Positions 52,631-64,000 of a stretch of 64,000 nucleotides of DNA are shown in pieces. The position numbers and the translations under genes are program-made. Location: the NCBI GenBank assembly GCA_964016885.1, contig OZ024742.1:258478001-258542000 (forward strand). The letters are read 5' to 3'. Under the pieces are notes generated by a model, which made no database searches, had not been told where the DNA came from, and saw only the letters and a list, made by a program, of their open reading frames with translations. Each line of letters opens with the position of its first letter. Position 1 is the stretch's first letter. The DNA comes from Eledone cirrhosa. Its lineage: Eukaryota.

Positions 52631-53959
52631 AGATTATACATCACTTACGGGAGGAAAAAATAATAATTTTTGTACAATTCCAATTGAATGCACTTTCACA
52701 AATGTTCTCACTCAATCTCACACTCATTATCTCTCTCTCACTCATTGTCTTCCTTATTTTCTCTATATCTGTCTCTCTCTTTCACATACACATACATAAG
52801 CTCACATAAAAACATAGTAGGAAGCCGATTAAAAACGAGCTGCACGATTTTAAAGTAATGAACTTACGGTTGCATGCTATCATCATTACAACTATGCCCA
52901 GCACCTTCATACATAGGATATATATATATATGCCATGCAAAATATTCGCTATACATCTTGGGTATTGTTAAGCTTTCTGGAAAACTATAGGTTCTTTGTA
53001 TGTTTAGTTTAATCTTTAAATACTTTTCTGCCACACGAAGATGTCAGTTTGCCTTTTCTCTGTCTGGAATGGATAACATAAAGTAGCCATTAAGTTCTAG
53101 CCTACAGTCTACTAGGACAGTGACGTTATAATTTGACAATAAAGCATTAATTTTACATGAATGACACGAAGATGTGCGCTGTCTATGATAAACAACTGGA
53201 CATATTAAAAGACACACTTGCACAGGTTTACTTTTAAAAATTGATAAGAAGTTTGTAGTTTTAAAATGGACACAGGAAGCCATGCAATGAGGAAAATTGA
53301 ATTAAAACATTAATGTCATGTTCGATATAGAAACTGATAAAATAATTAGACCAAACGCAATCTTACAAATAGTTTGAATAATTAACTCGCCAGACAAAAT
53401 ATTCAACGCACACAAAAACTAACAAGTTTCAGAATGTAATAATATAGACTGATTAGATTAATATTTATAATATAGCTAAATACAAACAGAACGTAATAAG
53501 TATCAATACTTCGAATCTTTATGTATTACAGTAATTAATTATAGACATAATATTCTGACATGCCCGATATACTGAGATGCATTAGCAAGACAAGATAGAA
53601 AAACAGGAAAGAAATCCTGACAAGACCAAGAGAGAGAATACAAATACATTATATTATATTTATCACGAATAGAGGTGGGTGGCAGACACTTACCTAAAAT
53701 TATTTAAAATAGAATTCACTGTAGGACTCACCACATACGTCCAGTTAAGTCAAATCTAGTATTTGAAAAGAGCTGCGGCAATAATAAAGCCATATACCTT
53801 CCTAACGTTTGCAGTCGCAAAACTAACCCATAATTCACACGTTTATGCACATTTGCCTAATTATAAATTCAATACAATCAAGTGCTAGACATCCGTTTCC
53901 GATTTCACTCTCGATATACTGAGCTATTTATTGTGCAATGCCATTATTTTAGGCTTGTA

Positions 53960-54325
53960 TTCTTTTACACGTTTCGGTCATTAGAATGCGGTCAAGCTGG
54001 AACATTGCCATGAAGAGATTTAGTCGAACATTTCAAGTCTATTTCTCATATTCCCGATCACCTTTTCTCAACCCGCTACGTTAAATGGCATAAGCAATCT
54101 ATATACGTAAACCTAAACACAGATAAAACAGTCAGACGCAGACACACACCAAGAGGCACATACGTATATACGAAGGGATGCTCCACAAATTGAACATATA
54201 AATGTCATTCGCAAGAGATTGCTGATTCCAGGGCTATCGTGGAATATATTTCTATAAACTACCATGCAACGGGACTGAACCAGAAACCACGTAGCTGAAA
54301 ACTAACTGATTATCCAGACATACAC
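53960..54325 (-). mobile_element. Old tRNA-derived SINE (octopus-type)
   Basis: ttcttttac..tttcggtcattagaatgcggtc.agctgga...gggctat..ccatgcaacgggactgaaccagaaaccac (B box on minus strand). Confidence 0.7.
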
Positions 54326-55224
54326 CACTTAACCAACACATACCCACCCACCCAGTCAACAATTGTTGACTATCACTCTCTATCTTGGTTTGTATCATGT
54401 CCTGGAGGTTATTGGTTATGGTGTCATTTTTTTATTTCTTACCGTTTATCTTTTTCATATAGTTAGTGCTACCTTTTGTTTCAATGATTTTTTAACTTCA
54501 GTATAATTAGGTAGTTTAGAGTAATTAGCTTGTAGGTTGTACTTTATTGTTTCTTTTTTTTTTGGAGGGAGAAGCATCAATTTGTATTAATTTCCTTTGT
54601 TTTTCCTAATTACAGTAATCAGATTTTCTTTACCACATTGTACATTTTACACTACACCCAATTCCAATTAATTTTCAGTAGATATAAAAGTGCAACAAAC
54701 ACCTTTACCCTTCTCTACAAGATATGTTTATCAGTAATGTTTGTTACATTCCGATAGAATAGAAACGCTATAAGTAACCACCCATTGCTTTTCTATTTAA
54801 ACGCTGAAATCCACGTAAACTTCAATTACTTAAGTCTCAATTAATGTAAATGTATAGAGTATTTTAATTTTTGGCATTTATTTTCGCCTCCTTAACTTCT
54901 GAGTTCATATATCACCGAGGTCAAATTTGCCTTTCGTCTTTCATGCATTTTCTTATTAAACAGATGTATAGAATGATGAAATTATTAACAAAAAGTGAGG
55001 AAGAAGTAATGAAGAGGAGTGAAAAATGTGAGAGAAAAGAAATAAAAATGAGATCTAGGTAAAGAGGTAAAGAGCGAAGAAATTCTACATCCATGCCTTA
55101 GCGGATTAGATTTATCTCAATAGATAATTAGTTGTTAAATACTAAATAATTTTAATCGATTTTCCCCTTACTGCTGGCCTTGTTTTCAAATTAAAAACCG
55201 TTATTATTCTGACTGTTCTACATT

Positions 55225-55410
55225 TGGATTGGCAGTATCGGTAGAGGGGTCGGATGTCATGCTTTGAGGCATAGAGTTACGGCCCTTTCCCTTCGGAGTT
55301 CAAATCCCGCCGAGGTCAACTTTGTCTTTCATCCTTACGGGGTCGATAAAATAAAGTACCAGTAATGTACTGGGTAATTGCTGGCCTTGTGCCAAAAGTG
55401 GAAACAATTA
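55225..55410 (+). mobile_element. SINE family A (older related fragment at ~55080-55205)
   Basis: Match to other copies. Confidence 0.9.
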
Positions 55411-55450
55411 TTTTATTCTAGTACAATCCTTCATAGATTTGGTTAATATA

Positions 55451-55481
<31 letters not shown>

Positions 55482-57194
55482 TTAGGTCTGGTTATCATTT
55501 ATTTTTTATCATTTATTTTGTTTTGACATATTTAACTTGATTTGGTTTTTGGCTTGGGTGGTTAATGCCTTCTTGACCACCTTTTCAGTTCTGTATGGCT
55601 TCTTAACACATTGTTTATCTCAGGTTTTTAACTATTCAGCACTTTGCCAGTATCATTTCTGATTTTTGCGTTTCGCTTCGCCTTTCCTGCCCGCCGAAAT
55701 GCGATTCTCGCTGAATCTTTATTTGTATATATATATTTATATATATATATACATGTGTGTGTGTGTATACACGCATATTGACACATACACACACACTTAC
55801 ATACACACACACACAGACACACACATACACACTCACACACGCACACACACCCACCCACACACACACACATATGTATATATATATATATATATATATAATA
55901 TCACATGAGATATCAAGATGATTTGATGATAATGTATTGATGAAAAAACAAACTAAATAAATGACAAAATTAGCGATTATGAGTATGATACTTATTATTA
56001 ATCTCGAAATAGAATAACGTCAATTTATATGTAAAGTGAAAACGATAGCGAGAGAGAAATGAAAATGTAAAGTTGTTAGATGGAGGCGTAACGAAACGAA
56101 CGAAACCAGCAATAGTAACTATTAATTAATACACCACGTCTTCTGAAACATTAGATATCAAAATTCGCTATGACATCTTTGACAATTTCATTCCAGCTGC
56201 TGTAGTAATCGCACATGACGTTTTATATTCTTGGATACAAAATCAATCAAATTTTATTGGTGATCAGTTGTTGAGGGTGATGGAGAAGTATTTGCACATC
56301 CAATAAAAATTACTACGGCTTATACAAGAATTTGTTTCTGCGAGTAATATAGAGCAATTACGGCAGACGATTCTGTCGCTTCTTCTGATGTCATCATTGT
56401 TTTATTGGTTTTTGAATAAATTCGCAGACATTATATCAGTATGGTAACTACATTCTGATCTCTTATCATAAAGATCTCTCTTCTAAGTAACTAAGGTAAT
56501 ATCGATTGGCTACAGCCTGATGCACTAGTATATGTTTATCAAATCTGATGCTGTGAACCAAAAGAGAATTCTATTCTATTCTATGAGACAAGGAATTTAA
56601 GGATGCTAAAATTAACTTTCCACAAGTGTATTTATATTCTGTTTATGCATATTTTACAATACGCATTTTTGCCTGAAGTTTAAAGGGTAATATTATTCAA
56701 CGTTATATTAGCATAGAGGATTAAAATATATTTTAATGTAATCGCTAATAAATATGAAACTATAAAGAAAGGTTCTTCACGAAGGACATGTTAATTAAGA
56801 ATATTACAAATGTTACTGTATGTCTCGACTTTTAATCGAATAACCATTATATCAGATCTGCCCTCATGTATATGCAAAGCAAACCGGCTCTAATTTCACA
56901 GCCATTTCCATAAACCAAACTATGTTCAGCGTTTCTTCAAAACAACGGATACAGTGTATATGAACATGTTTGATTGATTAACTAATATAACAGCCATCCT
57001 ACGTTCTTGTTGTTAAATAAAAATAGATTTTTGCATATTGGTTAAGGTAATATATTTACAGCATAAAACGACTGAGTAATTCCAAAATGTTAAACTACAG
57101 CATGGAATATGCCGATTACACCTAAATTTATATTCGTTGCGGTTGCAGTTATTATTAATGTTACTGTTTTCTTCTTCTTCTTCTTCTTCTAAAA

Positions 57195-57635
57195 GTGGTT
57201 CTGATCTTGGGGAGAATCTGGGCGCCTACGAAAATCAAGTAGCCACACTTTTACGGGGGAATTTCGTTCCAAGGTCAGAGATATCTTTCGTAAATCCCTG
57301 GCCTGGCAGTGCTAGTAGAAAATATTGCCAGTCAAGAAAAACTCCACAGGCACAGAAATGCTCCCGTCTAAGACTGCCGGAGAGGCTCGCAGGACGACGA
57401 AACTGTGCTGCACGCACTCATTGAATGTGTGAGTATTTCTGAATTGTGGGTTAATGTTGAACACCTGCTGTCACGTGTGGGAAGGATCTGACTATCAACT
57501 AAGTCCATCATTAAGATCATCCCACCTTCTTCCTTTTGCAGTGAAGTGAAGACAGTTTTTTTCTCCTTGGTGGAAATGGCAAATTGGGTTGGGTAGTGGT
57601 CGCATTTGAAAGGGTTGAAGAGAAGCATTTCCCAA
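57195..57635 (+). mobile_element. Tx1 ORF2 C-terminal fragment
   Basis: DCRRGSQDDETVLHALIEC..ELW..VE.LL, homologous to 39159-39700. Confidence 0.8.
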
Positions 57636-57699
57636 TTCGTGTGTATATATATGTATATGCACGCGTGTGCGTATATATGCGAATATATGTATGTGCTTG

Positions 57700-60600
57700 T
57701 ATAGATTTGTGCGCGCAACGGTACACAGCGCACAGCTCACAAAACCAGTTGATATAGGACAGAACAAAGGTAAGACATAACATAAGAGAATTAATCACTG
57801 TGAAGGTGACAGAATGTGTGACGAAAGAGTTTCGACAAGAAACAAATAAACAATCATTCGAATATTAAACTAATTGTAATAAATTGAAGTGAAAACCATC
57901 GGGTGCACGTGTTTTCATTGTCAGCATGACCATTCCAAAAGTATAACAATACATGTTTCAACACACATTTTCTGATACGCATTATTGCAAAACAAATACA
58001 AAAACGAAGCACTGTAGGATTTAGCGAAGCTAGTACGACACTGAAACCTACTAATGTTCTGTTTTCTGAAGTAAACAATAGCAACTCGAAATTACACGTC
58101 ATAAAACAGTGTGTCTCATCAAGACGTTACACTAACACCATCAACAACAACGTAAGAAGACCTCAAATAAATAAAAGACAAGCTGATAGACATAAACGAA
58201 CACTAATCATGCACATTAAAAAGAACAACTACACAGAACGAAGCCACAAAGAAAAATAGAATCTCACCCTATTACAAGAAACAAGTAATATCACTACACC
58301 AAGAGAAGAAAAACAGAATACACGAATACTATACACCAAGACGAAAAACAATATCACTAAGCGGCAACAAATATTTTAGCACGAAATTAGCGTGGCTAAA
58401 ACAGATAAAACTCAAACAAGACACATCAGAGAAGAGAAGCAAATATCCAGCTAATATCGATGCGATAAACATAATGGATGTTCCACTGACTGCCGAGTTC
58501 AACAGTAACAACAAAAACGTATACGTCAGGACAACAGTAGCTCCTGACGAATTGTCCTAAAGTTACCACCAAAATATGCCATATAGAGTAATGTAAATAT
58601 GATAGAATGCTTATCGGAGATAGATTAAACATTTACAAAAATAGATGGAGGATAAAAAACTAAAATAGACATCAACAACACAAGCAAAGGTAACATCACA
58701 CACATACACGCAACAACAGCGCACATGGAAATTCAAACAACGACAGACACAGAAACGCACAAAACAGGTTAGAAAACAACATTCGCATGGTAGGAAGCTA
58801 CGGTATTAACAATGAGAGACATAACGAAGCTAGGACGAATAAAAATGATACGTAAAATAACCAGGACGAACACACTGACAGACAGAACAGATTAGACAAT
58901 AACAATGAAAAAGAAGTAAGGCACAGGAGAAAAAATGAGAGTTATAGAAATAAACATGAAGCTGTTGGTAGAAGTAGAGACAACAACACAACTGATCCTA
59001 ACAGTAGGCAATACACCCTCGAGTTTCACATTATATAACCCAACTGATGTCTTTCGTCATACGCCACATTTATCCGATGAGACTCTCGTTTAAAAAACGT
59101 ACCTGTATCCCCTCATAAGTGGATGAGGAAATCGATGCTCATTTCACAATAGCTAGGGCTATACTTAGATAGATACTTGACGAACATGGTAGGAAACAGA
59201 ATAGAATGGAGCTCCAGCAGATGGGTGAACATACGCAAATGTCTTGCATAAGCTCATACAGAGATAGCGAAATGGAGAAATATTTCTTTCTGACGGACAA
59301 GTCTGGCAGGATGGCAATACAGTGGCTGCCAAATTATATGCAGTCAATGGAATTCCACACTCCCAAGGCAAGAGAAACAACACCATTTGTTAATGAAGAG
59401 AAAAACCCTCAACGCTCATATAATAATGTGATCTAGCCTAATGCAATCTAAAAAGCGTACAGCAAACAGCTTCCAAAACCACAAAGTGAATAGTGACACA
59501 GTCACAAGACATCCAACACGGCCACTGTGGAATCAACATTGTCAGTAAGTACAGACTTCCTCTCCATGATTATACGCCCCATAATCAATATATCCCAAGG
59601 CATATGTGATAGTACAGAAGACTCCCTCAGTAGAATCAACGAATCTGGGAACCAAACAGGTAATATGGATGTGGTGTCCCTATACTCATTCATGGCAATT
59701 GATTTTGGTGTAGAAAATGTGTAAAGATTATAAGAGAGCTGATATGGAATTCAGTGGGATTGATACCAGTGACTCGACTGGGGCACCTACATGACTTGCA
59801 CGGGCTAAGGATTTCTTAGATACAGCCTCTGTCGCACAAGGCCAGTGAGAGGCAGACGATCTTCAATTGCCTCAATAGCCAAGAAGACCCACACAGAAAT
59901 ATGGAGTTGGTGGACCAGAGCCAAACGGACACCCAAAAACCACGACGAAGAAAGGTAATGATTGCATATGCGCTGGAGGGCAGCATAAGACAAACCCTTA
60001 AGGAACATGCTTAAGTTCAATGGCAAACCATATGCCTAAGAGTCGGTGGCACCCTTTATCGTCAACAATGCCGGTGACATAGCTAACCTTTTTACGGTAT
60101 GGTGGGACAAAGGAATTAAGGATCACTTAGAGGAGAACTCTATGTACTCCAGCATGGTAGATGATATGACCTTCGTAGTGTAAACAAGACGACGGTCAGG
60201 AATTCTAAATGAACACAATAGAAATTTTCCACCAGAGTATTAAATCTACCATAGACTACCCAGCCAAATATCCCAATCATACAGAACTCTGGGTAGAAGC
60301 CATTAGTAATAAAACAGATCCTCCATTCGCATTATGCCAAACCCATGACCACTTTATTCATCCACCGAAACTCAGCCATTTCGGATAACAAGAAAGTTAA
60401 CATACTACTTGCGGATTTATTAAGAATGATGAATAAAGTGTCCCGCATGCGCAATTCTGAAGAATTAGAGAGACACATACAACAATGTATCTACCACAAG
60501 CACTTCTCTGGCTACAAACAGAGACACTGGATCAGGCTGTATAAAAGAATCGGATTCAAATGTATGGTGATTGTAGAAAAGGATGCAAATAGGACTTGGC

Positions 60601-61372
60601 CTGTGGTATGGCAGAAATAAATACGACACTGTAATGCAACACCCAGAGGTGAACTAGCTTCAGAAGGGCTCTATACAAACTTAAATTAAATATTAAGATA
60701 CTTGACAAACCAGGTATTCCAATAATAGGCCTAATTAGTAGAACATACCGTTTCAAAAGAGACGCTGCACTGGTAGAAAATGCATAGTCAACAAATTAAG
60801 CCCACAAACTAATTGCAAAACTAGGACCATATTATTTAGAATAAAATAAACTAAGCGACAGTGTAGCAATATGAACACAACTTACATGGATGAGTCAGCC
60901 CGTAGCATACGAGAAAGAGTAATTGAATACTGGCGACAGCTCCAAGATGGGAAGAATGTATCAGTATTCCACAAAAATGCCACAATGGAACATGAGGTTA
61001 CATTAGAAAACATGAAATTAAAAATCATATCCACACACGGAAAAGAAGCAATGCTCCGACAGATTACAGAAGCGACAACCAAATTTACCGAACGAACTCT
61101 AACCAAAATTAAACAAAAATCATGAATTGAATAACAATAACATCACAGCTATTGATTAAGGACACGATAAAGACATACAGAGACATACAAGTAAAAAATT
61201 AATAAAGCATAAGAGACACACAGAGATAGTACAAGCAACCAACTAGTGATAAGTAAACAAACGTCTAAATAAAGAAATACACAGCACACAGCTCACAAGG
61301 TCAAGATGGTGTAGGACAGAAAAAAGGAAAAGACAGAAAATAACAAATCAGTCACTGACGACGTCACATATG
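57700..61372 (+). mobile_element. Old, full-length-like relative of the 35030-36975 PLE with pseudo-LTRs at both ends
   Basis: 5' pseudo-LTR ~57700-57995 (decayed HHR ~57795-57835); MDVVSLY at ~59664; 59820-61120 aligns with 35100-36580; 3' pseudo-LTR cut inside the HHR at ~61370. Confidence 0.85.
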
Positions 61373-61374
61373 AG

Positions 61375-61774
61375 ATTTTCATTTAGAAGCAATGATTTTA
61401 AACGACAGACAGATAACGCATTTTTTTTTTTTTCATGTTCATCCAATTTCTTTGTTTCAAAATAACTGATAGTTTGGTTACGCTGATGTTTTTCTCTGAG
61501 ACAAGTGTTGCAGTGTTTACATTTTCGATTTTTGTTAATAGATTACCAGTGCAGTTTACATCCCCAGCATCCTCTTTTGTTTTAACATTCGGGTTATGGT
61601 TATGTTTTCTTAACTTCATAAGGCATACTAGTGGTTGAGGGAATATTAATCAAAAGTACCACATGAAAGTCTACACTGTAGACTCTAGAGTTTTTAATCC
61701 AAGAAAGGAACTTAACATTGTAACTTTAACACAGGTACTGAGTAGCCGCGAGCAACGCCGGGCTTTACTGCTAG
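61375..61774 (+). mobile_element. Helitron 3' end (5' boundary uncertain)
   Basis: agccgcgagcaacgccgggct hairpin-like motif then CTAG|T at 61771-61775. Confidence 0.6.
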
Positions 61775-61780
61775 TATATA

Positions 61781-62700
<920 letters not shown>

Positions 62701-62878
62701 ATATATAAGTAATGGCTAGTATTCAGTGTTAGTTTTAAGTTTTTTTTACCGGTTGCGCATTTCAAATGCATTTCAAAAATAATTTTGAGATAGAGCGTTC
62801 GTGATTTGGTTGGTTGTTGAATGTCACGTGAATAAGCACTATAATTTTGATTGGTCGGTATATATAATATACATATAT

Positions 62879-62916
<38 letters not shown>

Positions 62917-63177
62917 AGTAAAATAAACTAAAATAAATAAGTCAAATATTTAAAATTTAGCTTCGTTTATTACAGCTATATATATTTCAGTGACAGCCAT
63001 CTTTGGCTGTGACCTGTTTAGGCAGTCCGAATTATTGTGGTAGAGACGAGTACACATGTTGTTGAGGTGTTAAATGTATCAGTACTCTGATATGCCCATT
63101 TCCTGGTTGTGTTGTTGTTTCTATGAGGAAATGGAGTCATATGAATTTAAATAAACGAATTTCAGCGTCAAAGGACA

Positions 63178-64000
63178 TTCTCTCCTCCCATTGGTCAGTT
63201 GTGAGAACATTCCTAAGTCAAAAGTCTATAGAAATTCTTTCTGATGCGAGGCTATCTGTAGTGGTTATTGTTGTTATTGTTAAGTACATCTGACCTCTAC
63301 CCTTATGTGCTGGGGTCAGACTTAATTCCTGCTGCTGTTGATTTTAGGAGGATCTGTGTGTGTGTACTGGCATCTATCCTGCCACAATTTCTCGTAGTGG
63401 TTTCTATAGACTTTTGACTGAGGAATGCTCTCACAACTGACCAATGGGAGGAGAGGATCTTCCAAATCTTTCTAACTTTGAGATTGGTTATAACACACAC
63501 ACGTTTTATTGGATTATCTTATTTTATTCTTTTATCATCTTATTCCTCATACCATTTTATCTTCTTTTTGTTTACTTTTTTGTTTACTTATTTGCTTATA
63601 TTATCTTATATTATTTTATTTTGGTCTATCTTATTTTATTTTATTTTATTTTACTATACTTTTGTTTATTTTATTCGCATTTTTAGTCTTTTATCTTTTC
63701 ATTGCATTCTATTGTTTTTTTTACTATTTATTATTTATTTCTTATTTTTTATTTTCTTCATCGTATTGCCTCATATTCCTTCATATGCTTGGTACCCCCC
63801 CCCCCCCCAACACACACACAACCACGAGAAATGGTGGCAGGATAGATGCCAATACACACAGATCAACACCAGCAGGAATTAATTCTGACCCCAGCACCAA
63901 CACCACTACCAACATAAGGGTAGAGGTCAGATGTACTTAACAATAACAAAAACAACCTATACAGATAGCCTTGCCTCAGAAAGAATATCTATAGACTTTT
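63178..64000. repeat. Nested inverted duplications (63180-63236/63400-63457; ~63221-63400/63820-64000)
   Basis: Reverse-complement blocks visible; continues past window end. Confidence 0.8.

Noticed and set aside
53688-53806. Possible host exon on the minus strand (ag...MALLLPQLFSNTRFDLTGRM...gtgagt, with a second gtaagt)
   Set aside because: Short, no recognisable protein and no partner exons; would need RNA-seq
59060-59160. Faint resemblance to the Deu/Nin SINE domain
   Set aside because: Too degenerate and lies within a decayed PLE; cannot be supported by eye

Overview
Eukaryotic, AT-rich, microsatellite-dense DNA with no recognisable host gene. The SINE and RTE-tail sequences match my recollection of octopus repeats, so an octopod cephalopod is likely (inference, no search run). 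The window is a retrotransposon graveyard. It holds many Penelope-like element (PLE) pieces (RT and GIY-YIG fragments of at least three lineages, plus ORF-less pseudo-LTRs in tandem and inverted arrays, mostly in (TA)n). It also holds a near full-length and several partial L1/Tx1-clade LINEs, a near full-length R4/Dong-clade RLE element, RTE fragments, tRNA-derived SINEs, Helitron ends and a probable solo LTR. Most short ORFs in the supplied track are microsatellite artefacts. The main hidden layer is RNA structure. About 17 type I hammerhead ribozyme (HHR) motifs of roughly 10 designs can be read by eye. They include giant-stem-II variants, family-specific palindromic stems III, a retrozyme-like tandem pair 489 nt apart, and a rod-like hairpin with HHR remnants of both polarities. 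The R4/Dong 5' UTR also contains a pseudoknot. All coordinates were read manually and element ends are approximate.
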